A DNA stretch of 64,000 bases from Escherichia coli (GCF_003334765.1 NZ_QOWT01000006.1); one strand, 5' to 3'; positions 1 through 10,254 are shown, counted from the stretch's first letter. Program-made: numbers and translations. The notes: a model not told the origin generated them from the sequence alone.

Positions 1-493
1 CCAGCCTGCCCGTGGCGCTGTAGCCGTATTCCCGCGTCTGTCGCGGGCCGCTGATGCGCACCAGGTCGCCGTTGTCATTCCACCCGTAGTCACGGTCATA
101 CACCAGGCTGTTCAGGTGCTGGCTCTGTAACTGGCCTGCGGGGGTGTATGTGCTGGTCAGTTTATATGCGGCATTACTGCCTGCCATGCTGCCGAAGCTG
201 CGCACCGTCTCACGGTGCAGGCGGTCGCGCGTGAACTCCAGCAGCGGCGTCCCGCCCAGCTTCATGCCCGCAAGATAGCCGCTGCCGTAGGTCAGCCACT
301 CCACCGGCGGCAGACTGTCCGGCGTGACGCGGTTTGCCAGCCCCTGTTCGTTGTACGCATGTCCGGTCTCATGGTGCCACAGCAGTTCCCCCGTCTCCGG
401 GTTCTCCACCGTCTGGCGTTCGCCGGTCAGGCGGCCTTTATCGTCATAGCCGTAGTGGACCGACACGCGGTGGCCTCCCCCGGCAGCAGCGGC
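1..493 (-). pseudogene. rhsE: Rhs-family core (YD-repeat) fragment; frame is open from 493 to the window edge and continues beyond it; no intact 5' end
   Basis: Minus-strand translation gives YD-repeat motifs (..VHYGYDDKGRL.., ..REYGYSATGRL..). An in-frame stop at 494-496 separates it from the vgrG-like ORF, which is in another frame. The name rests on synteny with yncH/yncG/ansP. Confidence 0.65.
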
Positions 494-538
494 TCAAAGT
501 GAATGCTCCGCCCGCCGTTGTCGTTGAGTACCAGTGCA

Positions 539-1309
539 TCATCGCGTAGCTGTAAGCGGATAGTCCTGGTGCTGGCCTTCCTGTTCAAAACGTCCGGCCC
601 AGCCGGGGCGTTTAAAGGTGTAGTCTTTGGTCACCACGGAAGAAGGGCGGATTTGTGCGCTGTAGCGGAACTGGCTGATGCAGAGGGTGCTCACCTCGGT
701 ACGGGTGTTCGGGTTCCATGGGATTTCAAAAGATTCGGGCAGATGGCGGACTGTGTCGCACAGCACCAGGCTCTGGTCGGTACTTTTGTAAGCATGCTCC
801 TCATAAAAGAAGATGCCTTCCTCCGCCGCCATCCGGCACAGGAAATCGTAATCAGTCTCACCGTACTGGACACAAAACTCACGGGAAGGATGCGGCTCGC
901 TGAACAGCGGACTCCATTCGGTCACCCCGTTTTCCTGCAACATCGTGCCGAGGATGCTTTTGATGTCCTCGTTCTGGAAGATACGGAAGTTCTGGCGCAG
1001 ACCGGCACGCCACAGCGGCGGGTGCACCTTCATGCTGTACAGCATCTGGTTTTTGTCGTTCTCCCCGAGTTCAAACCAGGTCACCACGCCTTTCACCCGG
1101 CGCTGTACTTCATCGCCCTGCCATATCGTCAGGTAGGCCATTTTGTCCAGCACCTGCGCAAATTCAAGGGAGAGAAACTGCTGGCTGACCAGGGAGAGAT
1201 CGAGGGAAAAGAGCGAAGAGAGTGACTGGTTCAGATGAAAGGAAACCACCGCAAAAGCATCCGGCGGCAGGCCGTCCACTTCCAGTGTGAAACGTAATCC
1301 GGTTGACAT
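539..1309 (-). pseudogene. VgrG (type VI secretion spike) N-terminal fragment, truncated after about 256 codons
   Basis: ORF-track protein MSTGLRFTLEVDGLPPDAF... Start moved to the ATG at 1309, which has a CCTCC (GGAGG on minus) Shine-Dalgarno 5 nt upstream. The ORF stops at 539, far short of a full-length VgrG. Confidence 0.65.
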
Positions 1310-2128
1310 AGCAACCTCCGTGAAAATGAATAATAATCCGCACATATTGCATGTACAACATGTCGGGCGGATGAGATAAGCGAGTCGACATCTGGCGTTA
1401 CCGGGGAATATCAGAAAAATGTCATGGTTATGTGATGATTTAGTCTGGGATTTTACTTCAGAGAAACGGGTGTCTGTTTAGTCAACAAAATAATCACAAA
1501 CGCAACGGATGGGTTCTCGACGTTATTCACGACAGGCTCGTACATTACAGCGAGTAATAAAAAACCTGATATGCAAAGTCAAACCAATATTCATAATGTC
1601 TTTTTATTCACAACAATAAATAATTCAATAACAATCATTGAAATGAATGATGGTTTGTATAAGGAATATACGCTACCGCCCCACCCTGATAACATGATCT
1701 GCACATTGCCATCTTAACGTCGTTAAACACTAGCTTAATAGTGGATATTTCAAATTAGGAATTTATTAAATTCACCTGATGAATATAATAAGCAAATAGC
1801 ATAGAAAATAATGACAACTCCCCCGAGGGGACCATTTCCAAAGCACTGCACCACCACCTGGTGCCGGATGATCTTGCTTCAGTGGTAAGAGTACCTGATG
1901 CATTGTTCCCAAAATGGTGTTTTCCCCTGCCCCTCCAATAATGTGTAGCTCTCACTTGATAATCTATTGATTAGGTTATATTAAGAATCAACATTTAAAA
2001 TACATTCATTTTCTTGAATAAATCAACATGTTTATTAATCAATTGCTGTTTTAGCTCTGACTCATCAAGCTCTCCATATTTGTCCTACAGATAATTGCGA
2101 ATAAATACAGAGAACGCCATTTATCCTT

Positions 2129-2341
2129 TTAGCATACCTGCCGGATATTTTTATTTGTATTAATATTAATTGCATCTCCAACTCCGAGCATATCCATCAT
2201 TAAAAACATTTTGAGATTATAGAATGCCTGTGATAACAACTGAAACATCTGCACAATGTGAATAGTTAGTTTCTTTTCAGAGGAAATGAAATAGACACGC
2301 TGAATGAAAAGGAGAGTGATATAAATTAAAAAACATACCAT
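2129..2341 (-). CDS. yncH: small 70-aa protein of unknown function
   Basis: 70-codon ORF in an AT-rich segment; size and position between the rhs remnant and yncG match yncH. Confidence 0.5.
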   Translation of the reverse strand: MVCFLIYITLLFIQRVYFISSEKKLTIHIVQMFQLLSQAFYNLKMFLMMDMLGVGDAININTNKNIRQVC

Positions 2342-2416
2342 GAATTTAATTAATTACGCCCATCATTGTGGATAAAGTTACTGAATAATAAATAACATAA
2401 TCTTCTGGTATCCCAC

Positions 2417-3034
2417 TCAAATAATTTCATTCCTTTTTAATACTTCTTGTAATTTCGGTAACTGACATACAGCATCAGCAATCGCACTGATATTCGTGGC
2501 ATTATCCTGAAACCATTCATGCCCAGGCCCCCATGTGCGCATAGTGCAAAGATAACAGTCCACCAGCGTTAGTTGCTCACCAAACGCATAAGGTTCAGCA
2601 GTGAGCTGCGAATTCAACCAGATATAAAGCGATTTTCGATATTCAATAACATTCTTCTTTAACTGTTCAGGTGCGTCAGGAGCCCAACGCTCAGGGTAAT
2701 CGGCGAAAGTGAATGTTGGATAGACATTAGCAACCAGCCAGACCAATTGCCGTTGAAACAGCTGACGTTCGGCGCGCCCAACCGGTGGCGCAAGGTCCGG
2801 GCGACGATCGAGAACCATCAATGCAATCGCCGCTGTCTCCGTCATAATCTCGTCATTTTCCAATGCCAGTGTCGGAACCTGACACAACGGGTTCAGGGTT
2901 TTCAATAACTCGCGTGAAGCTCCCTCGTGGTCAAAACCACTGACATCAACGAACTGATAAGGAATATCAGCCAGTGTTAGCATCAGCTCACTGATTGTAG
3001 AGCCCCATCCGGGTACGCCATACACCTTAATCAT
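2417..3034 (-). CDS. yncG: glutathione S-transferase homologue
   Basis: 205-aa ORF with a thioredoxin-like N-terminus (MIKVYGVPGWGSTISEL); synteny next to ansP. Confidence 0.8.
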   Translation of the reverse strand: MIKVYGVPGWGSTISELMLTLADIPYQFVDVSGFDHEGASRELLKTLNPLCQVPTLALENDEIMTETAAIALMVLDRRPDLAPPVGRAERQLFQRQLVWLVANVYPTFTFADYPERWAPDAPEQLKKNVIEYRKSLYIWLNSQLTAEPYAFGEQLTLVDCYLCTMRTWGPGHEWFQDNATNISAIADAVCQLPKLQEVLKRNEII

Positions 3035-3300
3035 ATGCCCCTCACAATCTTTTAAAGATTAAGTGTAGGACAGTACACAGGTTAACCAGCAAAAGGATTT
3101 GTCATTTTTTCGTCAGTTGTATTAATCCCCTTCAGGATTGTAAGGGGATGTTTTGCATCGTTTATCGATAACGGGTAGGATGCTGCGCCGATAGTTTTAT
3201 ACCCATAAAGAATAATGGTGATAACTATCATCGCCAGGATGAATAAACATTGTTCATGGCAACTTATATGACTTTTTCATTAAAGCAATCAGGGAGAGCA

Positions 3301-4800
3301 ATGAGTAAACACGACACCGACACTTCAGATCAACACGCCGCGAAACGCCGCTGGCTTAATGCCCACGAAGAGGGGTATCACAAAGCGATGGGCAATCGCC
3401 AGGTGCAGATGATCGCCATTGGCGGCGCGATTGGCACCGGCTTGTTTTTAGGTGCAGGAGCCCGACTGCAAATGGCGGGGCCCGCACTGGCACTGGTTTA
3501 TTTAATTTGTGGCTTGTTTTCGTTTTTTATTCTGCGTGCATTGGGTGAGCTGGTGCTACACCGCCCTTCCAGTGGCAGTTTTGTTTCTTATGCCCGTGAG
3601 TTTTTGGGTGAGAAAGCCGCTTATGTTGCTGGCTGGATGTACTTCATCAACTGGGCGATGACGGGGATTGTTGATATTACCGCCGTCGCTCTGTATATGC
3701 ATTACTGGGGTGCGTTTGGCGGCGTGCCGCAGTGGGTCTTTGCGCTCGCTGCACTTACCATCGTTGGCACCATGAATATGATCGGTGTGAAATGGTTTGC
3801 GGAGATGGAGTTCTGGTTTGCGCTTATTAAAGTGCTCGCCATTGTGACCTTTTTGGTCGTGGGTACAGTGTTCCTCGGTAGTGGTCAGCCGCTGGATGGC
3901 AACACCACTGGCTTTCATTTAATCACCGATAATGGCGGCTTCTTCCCCCACGGTTTGCTGCCTGCGCTGGTGTTGATTCAGGGCGTAGTGTTTGCTTTTG
4001 CCTCCATTGAAATGGTGGGTACAGCTGCCGGAGAATGTAAAGATCCGCAGACCATGGTGCCTAAAGCCATTAACAGTGTGATTTGGCGTATTGGCCTGTT
4101 TTACGTCGGCTCCGTGGTGTTGCTGGTTATGTTATTGCCGTGGAGCGCGTATCAGGCGGGGCAAAGTCCGTTCGTGACGTTTTTCTCTAAACTGGGTGTG
4201 CCATATATCGGCAGCATTATGAACATTGTGGTGCTGACCGCTGCCCTCTCCAGCCTGAATTCAGGTCTGTACTGCACCGGACGTATTCTGCGCTCAATGG
4301 CGATGGGCGGTTCCGCACCGAGTTTTATGGCGAAAATGAGTCGTCAGCATGTGCCGTATGCCGGGATTCTGGCGACACTAGTTGTGTATGTCGTCGGCGT
4401 ATTCCTCAACTATCTGGTGCCGTCGCGCGTATTTGAGATTGTGTTGAACTTCGCGTCGCTGGGAATCATCGCTTCATGGGCGTTTATCATCGTGTGCCAG
4501 ATGCGCCTGCGTAAAGCGATTAAAGAAGGCAAAGCAGCGGATGTCAGTTTTAAACTGCCTGGCGCGCCCTTCACTTCCTGGCTGACATTACTGTTTTTAC
4601 TGAGTGTCCTTGTGCTGATGGCGTTCGATTACCCGAACGGGACTTATACTATCGCGGCGCTGCCGATTATCGGTATTTTGCTGGTTATAGGCTGGTTTGG
4701 TGTGCGCAAACGCGTTGCTGAAATTCACAGCACTGCGCCAGTCGTCGAGGAAGATGAAGAAAAACAGGAAATTGTGTTTAAGCCTGAAACGGCGAGTTAA
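3301..4800 (+). CDS. ansP: L-asparagine permease (APC family amino acid transporter)
   Basis: 499 codons from the ATG at 3301, preceded by AGGGAGAG. Multi-TM protein; the track ORF starts 17 codons further upstream but 3301 has the better RBS and gives the expected length. Confidence 0.9.
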   Translation: MSKHDTDTSDQHAAKRRWLNAHEEGYHKAMGNRQVQMIAIGGAIGTGLFLGAGARLQMAGPALALVYLICGLFSFFILRALGELVLHRPSSGSFVSYAREFLGEKAAYVAGWMYFINWAMTGIVDITAVALYMHYWGAFGGVPQWVFALAALTIVGTMNMIGVKWFAEMEFWFALIKVLAIVTFLVVGTVFLGSGQPLDGNTTGFHLITDNGGFFPHGLLPALVLIQGVVFAFASIEMVGTAAGECKDPQTMVPKAINSVIWRIGLFYVGSVVLLVMLLPWSAYQAGQSPFVTFFSKLGVPYIGSIMNIVVLTAALSSLNSGLYCTGRILRSMAMGGSAPSFMAKMSRQHVPYAGILATLVVYVVGVFLNYLVPSRVFEIVLNFASLGIIASWAFIIVCQMRLRKAIKEGKAADVSFKLPGAPFTSWLTLLFLLSVLVLMAFDYPNGTYTIAALPIIGILLVIGWFGVRKRVAEIHSTAPVVEEDEEKQEIVFKPETAS

Positions 4801-4810
4801 TTGCAAAATT

Positions 4811-4829
4811 GCCCGGCTACGTGCCGGGC
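4811..4829. terminator. GC-rich hairpin (gcccggc-tacgt-gccgggc) between convergent ansP and yncE
   Basis: Perfect 7-bp stem seen directly. The U-tract is weak on the plus strand and TTTT follows on the minus strand, so it may serve yncE or both genes. Confidence 0.35.
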
Positions 4830-4912
4830 AAATTCAGATTACTGACGAAAGTGCCGGATACGCCGTGATAAAAGGCAGGCAAGTCTCACCGTTTTCACCC
4901 TCGCCATATCTA

Positions 4913-5974
4913 TTACAGCGCAATACGAATCACATCGTCTGGCTGGGTAGCTTCCTGCTGTTTAGTGGATTTTTGTTTCACACTGACATACAGCGTTTTG
5001 CCATCGGCAGACAGCGCCAGGCTGTTTGGATGAGTCGGCGTATCGAACGTTTTCACCACTTTATAGCTTTTCGCGTCAATCACACTGACTTTACCTGCCT
5101 GACGATGCGTTACGTAGGCTTCATTACGCGCGGGGTTAAACAGCACAGCCAGTGATTCCGGTGCCGCAACCTTCGTCAGAATATTGCCATTACGGGTATC
5201 GACCACTAACACTTCTGCGGCTTTAGAATCGGTGATAAATGCACGCTGCCTGGCGGTATCAAGGCTAATGTTGATAAAGAAGTGCTCTTTGCCGTCATCC
5301 AGCAGCTTTTTACGGCTGAGGATTTTATTGTCGGCGGTGTCGATGGTAATCAATTCGCCGTCAGCGTTAGTGGTGTAAAGACGTTTGCCTTCGCTATCCA
5401 GCGCCAGACCGGTACTCATTTTACCGGTGTTCTGGATGGCGGTTTTCAGTTTGATATTCCCGCCATCAACGACCCAAATCACGCTCTCTTTACCAATACC
5501 ACTGATGTAAACGGTGTTCGTGGCATCGTCAGCTACCAGCTCACGCGGTTGCAGCGGGCGCACCTCTTCCGTGCGCTTACGATCATCCAGCACCAGACGG
5601 CCTTTCACTTCGCCCGTTTTGGCATCTATCGCCGTGACCGCGCTGTTTACGGTGTTACCAAACCACAACGTCTGAGTCGTGTTATTGATGGTGGCACCAA
5701 ACGGCTTGAGATCGTTATGGATCGCCTGCGTCACTTCCAGAGTGACCGGATCAAGACGATAAACCACGCCACCTTTATCCAGTTTGCGGCTTTGCGAAGT
5801 GGCGAGCCACAGCGCGTTTTCTTGCTGGCTATAAGCCATTTCGTAGGCACCTTTACCTACCGCTTTACGCAGCATTTCTTCTGCGGCCTGCGTACTGAAT
5901 GATGAAACAACAAGCAATGAACCTAACAGTAATGAACCACGCAGGCGCGATGAAAACAGATGACGTAAATGCAT
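4913..5974 (-). CDS. yncE: secreted seven-bladed beta-propeller protein (PQQ-like repeats)
   Basis: 353-aa ORF with a signal peptide (MHLRHLFSSRLRGSLLLGSLLVVSSFSTQA) and repeated propeller blades; divergent from yncD. Confidence 0.85.
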   Translation of the reverse strand: MHLRHLFSSRLRGSLLLGSLLVVSSFSTQAAEEMLRKAVGKGAYEMAYSQQENALWLATSQSRKLDKGGVVYRLDPVTLEVTQAIHNDLKPFGATINNTTQTLWFGNTVNSAVTAIDAKTGEVKGRLVLDDRKRTEEVRPLQPRELVADDATNTVYISGIGKESVIWVVDGGNIKLKTAIQNTGKMSTGLALDSEGKRLYTTNADGELITIDTADNKILSRKKLLDDGKEHFFINISLDTARQRAFITDSKAAEVLVVDTRNGNILTKVAAPESLAVLFNPARNEAYVTHRQAGKVSVIDAKSYKVVKTFDTPTHPNSLALSADGKTLYVSVKQKSTKQQEATQPDDVIRIAL

Positions 5975-6058
5975 GACGACTCCCTTTGATGAACCGATAT
6001 TTTTGCTGCTTCACAATGCTTCGCTAAGCGTAATCATCGTTACGCTCTTGTTATAAAT

Positions 6059-6077
6059 GGGAATGGTAATCATTATT
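6059..6077. promoter_or_regulatory. Fur-box-like sequence in the yncE/yncD divergent promoter
   Basis: gggaatggtaatcattatt matches the 19-bp Fur consensus GATAATGATAATCATTATC at 15 of 19 positions. It lies 85 bp upstream of yncE and 139 bp upstream of the TonB-dependent receptor yncD. Confidence 0.4.
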
Positions 6078-6215
6078 TTCTCAAATGTGGAGCATTTCTT
6101 GCCGTTACGACTACAATTTTCTCAATTACTTAACGTATTGTGCCGTTTCATTTTCCATAAATTTACAATTTCATTACCATGACGGCGTTTTCCCATTCTT
6201 AACCTGGCTTTTTTC

Positions 6216-8318
6216 ATGAAGATTTTTTCCGTCCGACAGACCGTTTTGCCCGCACTGCTTGTCCTTTCCCCCGTTGTTTTTGCCGCTGATGAACAGACTA
6301 TGATTGTCAGTGCCGCACCGCAGGTGGTTTCAGAACTGGATACCCCAGCAGCAGTAAGCGTGGTGGATGGCGAGGAGATGCGCCTGGCAACACCGCGCAT
6401 TAACTTGTCCGAATCACTGACCGGCGTGCCTGGTTTGCAGGTACAAAACCGGCAGAACTATGCGCAAGATTTACAGCTGTCGATTCGCGGATTTGGCTCC
6501 CGCTCCACTTACGGTATTCGCGGTATTCGCCTGTATGTGGACGGTATTCCCGCCACCATGCCCGACGGGCAAGGGCAAACATCCAACATCGATTTAAGCA
6601 GTGTGCAAAATGTGGAAGTGCTGCGTGGCCCCTTCTCTGCCCTGTATGGCAACGCGTCTGGTGGGGTAATGAATGTCACCACCCAGACCGGACAACAGCC
6701 ACCAACCATTGAAGCCAGTAGTTACTACGGCAGTTTTGGCAGCTGGCGCTATGGGCTGAAAGCAACGGGCGCAACGGGAGACGGCACACAGCCTGGCGAT
6801 GTCGATTACACCGTCTCAACCACGCGTTTTACGACCCACGGCTATCGTGACCATAGTGGCGCACAGAAAAATTTAGCCAATGCCAAACTGGGCGTACGCA
6901 TTGATGAAGCCAGCAAATTAAGTCTGATTTTCAATAGTGTGGATATCAAAGCAGATGACCCAGGTGGGCTAACCAAAGCAGAATGGAAGGCTAATCCACA
7001 ACAAGCGCCTCGTGCAGAACAGTACGACACGCGAAAAACCATCAAGCAAACTCAGGCTGGGTTGCGCTATGAGCGTAGCCTGAGTTCGCGGGATGATATG
7101 AGTGTGATGATGTATGCCGGAGAGCGAGAAACGACCCAGTACCAGTCAATACCCATGGCACCACAACTTAACCCGTCACATGCGGGCGGCGTGATTACCC
7201 TGCAACGCCATTACCAGGGAATAGACAGCCGCTGGACACACCGTGGTGAACTGGGCGTTCCGGTCACGTTCACTACCGGCCTGAACTACGAAAACATGAG
7301 TGAAAACCGCAAGGGCTACAATAACTTCCGCCTGAATAGCGGCATGCCGGAGTACGGGCAAAAAGGTGAGTTGCGTCGCGACGAACGCAATCTGATGTGG
7401 AACATCGATCCCTATTTACAGACGCAGTGGCAGCTGAGCGAAAAACTGTCGCTGGATGCTGGCGTGCGCTACAGCTCCGTGTGGTTTGATTCCAACGACC
7501 ATTACGTTACTCCGGGTAACGGCGATGACAGCGGTGATGCCAGTTATCATAAATGGCTACCTGCCGGTTCGTTAAAATATGCAATGACCGATGCCTGGAA
7601 TATCTATCTGGCAGCCGGGCGAGGTTTTGAAACGCCGACGATTAATGAGCTGTCTTATCGTGCTGATGGGCAAAGCGGTATGAACTTAGGTTTAAAACCA
7701 TCCACCAACGATACAATTGAGATCGGCAGTAAAACGCGTATTGGTGATGGGCTGCTTAGTCTCGCATTGTTTCAGACCGACACTGATGATGAAATTGTTG
7801 TCGATAGCAGTAGCGGTGGGCGTACGACTTACAAAAATGCCGGAAAGACCCGTCGTCAAGGCGCTGAACTGGCATGGGATCAACGTTTCGCAGGAGATTT
7901 TCGCGTAAACGCGTCCTGGACCTGGCTTGATGCGACCTATCGCAGCAATGTTTGCAATGAACAGGATTGTAACGGTAATCGGATGCCAGGGATCGCCCGT
8001 AATATGGGCTTTGCGTCGATAGGTTATGTACCGGAAGATGGTTGGTATGCAGGCACGGAAGCGCGTTATATGGGCGATATTATGGCAGATGATGAAAATA
8101 CGGCAAAAGCGCCGTCTTATACTCTCGTCGGCTTATTCACCGGGTATAAATACAATTACCACAATTTAACTGTGGATTTATTTGGTCGTGTCGATAATTT
8201 ATTCGATAAAGAATACGTTGGTTCTGTCATTGTCAATGAGTCAAACGGGCGATATTACGAACCTTCGCCCGGACGAAATTATGGTGTCGGCATGAATATT
8301 GCGTGGAGATTTGAGTAA
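6216..8318 (+). CDS. yncD: TonB-dependent outer-membrane receptor
   Basis: 700-aa ORF with a signal peptide, plug domain and beta-barrel. Confidence 0.85.
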   Translation: MKIFSVRQTVLPALLVLSPVVFAADEQTMIVSAAPQVVSELDTPAAVSVVDGEEMRLATPRINLSESLTGVPGLQVQNRQNYAQDLQLSIRGFGSRSTYGIRGIRLYVDGIPATMPDGQGQTSNIDLSSVQNVEVLRGPFSALYGNASGGVMNVTTQTGQQPPTIEASSYYGSFGSWRYGLKATGATGDGTQPGDVDYTVSTTRFTTHGYRDHSGAQKNLANAKLGVRIDEASKLSLIFNSVDIKADDPGGLTKAEWKANPQQAPRAEQYDTRKTIKQTQAGLRYERSLSSRDDMSVMMYAGERETTQYQSIPMAPQLNPSHAGGVITLQRHYQGIDSRWTHRGELGVPVTFTTGLNYENMSENRKGYNNFRLNSGMPEYGQKGELRRDERNLMWNIDPYLQTQWQLSEKLSLDAGVRYSSVWFDSNDHYVTPGNGDDSGDASYHKWLPAGSLKYAMTDAWNIYLAAGRGFETPTINELSYRADGQSGMNLGLKPSTNDTIEIGSKTRIGDGLLSLALFQTDTDDEIVVDSSSGGRTTYKNAGKTRRQGAELAWDQRFAGDFRVNASWTWLDATYRSNVCNEQDCNGNRMPGIARNMGFASIGYVPEDGWYAGTEARYMGDIMADDENTAKAPSYTLVGLFTGYKYNYHNLTVDLFGRVDNLFDKEYVGSVIVNESNGRYYEPSPGRNYGVGMNIAWRFE

Positions 8319-8328
8319 TTACCTTGAT

Positions 8329-8350
8329 GCCCGGTATTTGCCGGGCATTT
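8329..8350 (+). terminator. hairpin gcccggtatttgccgggc followed by ATTT, downstream of yncD
   Basis: Inverted repeat seen directly 11 nt after the yncD stop; the U-tract is short. Confidence 0.4.
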
Positions 8351-8353
8351 ACT

Positions 8354-9019
8354 TTAACGATTGTATTGCTGGTATAAAATAGCAATATTTTGTTGCATAA
8401 TTTCAGCAAGACAATGTCTGCATCCCTCTTTGTCTTTTGCTTTTAACGCAGCGAGTAACAGATGATAGTTTTCTATATGCTCCCGTAATTCCGCTGGATT
8501 AATCGCTTCATAGAGATAATGTAAACCAGGCCCCATCCTGACCCACAGTTGCTCAATCATCTCACACAGGATGGGCATATTTGAGCGATGATAAATCGCT
8601 AAGCGAAATAGCCTGTTTACATTAATGATTTGTTCCATGTCGCCCTTTTCTTGCGCCTGCTGTAATTTCTCGAGCAATTCCTGGAGTTCCGCAAGGTCTT
8701 GCGGGGTGAGGTTTTCAACAGCCAGAGCAACTGCCATTAATTCCAGTTCGTAGCGGATCCGATTGATTTCGTCTAATTGACGTTTCCCCACTTCCGGAAC
8801 TGTAAATGCTTGTGCAGGTGCGACAGAAAGCGCATTCACCGAAACCAGACGTAATAATGCTTCACGCACAGGTGTAATACTCATACCTAATTGCTCCGCC
8901 AGATTTTTAGTAATCAGGCGTGCGCCAGGTTTTAATGCGCCAATACTAAGCTGATGTTTCAGGTCGTTCTCAACCTGCAGAGTCAAACTGACATGTTTCA
9001 TTTTTCCCGTTCCAGGCAT
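8354..9019 (-). CDS. mcbR: GntR/FadR-family transcriptional regulator
   Basis: 221 codons from the internal ATG at 9019 (MPGTGKMKHVSLTLQ...); N-terminal winged helix plus FCD domain. The track ORF starts 19 codons upstream. Confidence 0.8.
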   Translation of the reverse strand: MPGTGKMKHVSLTLQVENDLKHQLSIGALKPGARLITKNLAEQLGMSITPVREALLRLVSVNALSVAPAQAFTVPEVGKRQLDEINRIRYELELMAVALAVENLTPQDLAELQELLEKLQQAQEKGDMEQIINVNRLFRLAIYHRSNMPILCEMIEQLWVRMGPGLHYLYEAINPAELREHIENYHLLLAALKAKDKEGCRHCLAEIMQQNIAILYQQYNR

Positions 9020-9216
9020 TTTAATTCCTTCGCGTGTTTTCTGTCCAACCCTGCCTGCATGGCAGAAGGAATTCACCTGGTGTATTAAAGTGAATAATCA
9101 TAAACCACTCACCTTTGTTGTTATTAGCAGCAGAACAATGATGTGGTTAGTTAATTAAAGCTGAAAATAAGCTTTTTGCCTGGATTTTTATGGCGGCTTA
9201 CGCCGCCGTTGAAACT

Positions 9217-10254
9217 TTAATCATCACCCGCCACGCGGATCACCACTTTGCCGAAGTTTTTACCCTTCAGCAGGCCGATAAACGTCTGTGGCGCATTCTC
9301 TAAACCGTCAGTAATTTCTTCGCGGTAGTGGATTTTATCCTCTTTCACCCATTGCCCCATCTCCCTCTGAAACTCATGGATGCGGTGACCATAATCCTGA
9401 GCGATAATAAAACCTTGCAAGCGAATACGTTTTTTCAGCACTGTAGCCATCAACAGAGGTAAACGATCCGGACCGGGTGGTAGCTCTGTAGCGTTATAGC
9501 TGCTCACTAATCCGCAGACGGGAATGCGCGCAGATGTATTAAGTAACGGTAGCACCGCATCGAATACCTTACCGCCCACGTTTTCATAATAGATATCAAT
9601 ACCTTTTGGGCACGCTTTCGCCAGTTGTTCGGCAAAATCATCCGCGTGGTGATCAAGACAAACATCGAAGCCTAACACCTCGGTAGCATGGCGGCATTTT
9701 TCCGCGCCACCGGCTACCCCCACCACTCTGCAACCTTTAAGTTTGCCGATTTGCCCCACCGTCGCCCCCACTGGTCCTGTCGCCGCAGCTACCACCAACG
9801 TTTCGCCCTCTTTAGGCTGACCGATATCCAGTAGGCCCATATAAGCGGTAAAGCCTGGCATCCCTAGCACACCCAGCGACCACGATGGATTTTGCGGATG
9901 ATCGCCAAGTTTCACCAGATCATCACCACTGGATATGTCATAGTCTTGCCATCCACTGTAGCCCAGCACCCAGTCGCCAGACTGATAATCAGGATGATTC
10001 GACTCCACGACACGGCTCACCGTACCGCCGACCATCACGCCGCCAATATCAACAGGCGGTGAATAAGATGGCTCATCGCTCATACGTCCACGCATATACG
10101 GGTCCAGGGACAAATAAACTGTGCGCAGTAACACCTGTCCTTCACCCGGTGTGGCGACATCATCTTCTTCAAGACGGAAATTCTCCGGAACAGGTGCGCC
10201 ATGTGGACGCGAGGCCAGAACCCAACGTCGATTACGCTGCTTTTGTTGCCCCAT
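9217..10254 (-). CDS. curA: NADPH-dependent curcumin/dihydrocurcumin reductase (MDR superfamily)
   Basis: 345 codons from the ATG at 10254 (MGQQKQRNRR...); Rossmann motif AAATGPVGATVGQ. Confidence 0.85.
   Translation of the reverse strand: MGQQKQRNRRWVLASRPHGAPVPENFRLEEDDVATPGEGQVLLRTVYLSLDPYMRGRMSDEPSYSPPVDIGGVMVGGTVSRVVESNHPDYQSGDWVLGYSGWQDYDISSGDDLVKLGDHPQNPSWSLGVLGMPGFTAYMGLLDIGQPKEGETLVVAAATGPVGATVGQIGKLKGCRVVGVAGGAEKCRHATEVLGFDVCLDHHADDFAEQLAKACPKGIDIYYENVGGKVFDAVLPLLNTSARIPVCGLVSSYNATELPPGPDRLPLLMATVLKKRIRLQGFIIAQDYGHRIHEFQREMGQWVKEDKIHYREEITDGLENAPQTFIGLLKGKNFGKVVIRVAGDD

Noticed and set aside
215-1225. Plus-strand ORFs 215-502, 334-549, 503-1225 and 718-903
   Set aside because: They lie antisense to the minus-strand vgrG and Rhs frames, which have recognisable protein-family sequence and a proper RBS. 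The plus-strand translations are Arg/Pro-rich low-complexity strings typical of antisense reading of GC-rich coding DNA.
1755-1955. 66-codon minus-strand ORF in the AT-rich block
   Set aside because: No Shine-Dalgarno, a Trp/Arg/Gly-rich composition that is unusual in AT-rich DNA, and no family resemblance; kept only as a note within the AT-rich block finding.
3250-3300. Upstream extension of ansP (track start at 3250)
   Set aside because: The ATG at 3301 has a better Shine-Dalgarno (AGGGAGAG) and yields the expected 499-aa permease; the extension adds a non-hydrophobic 17-residue leader.
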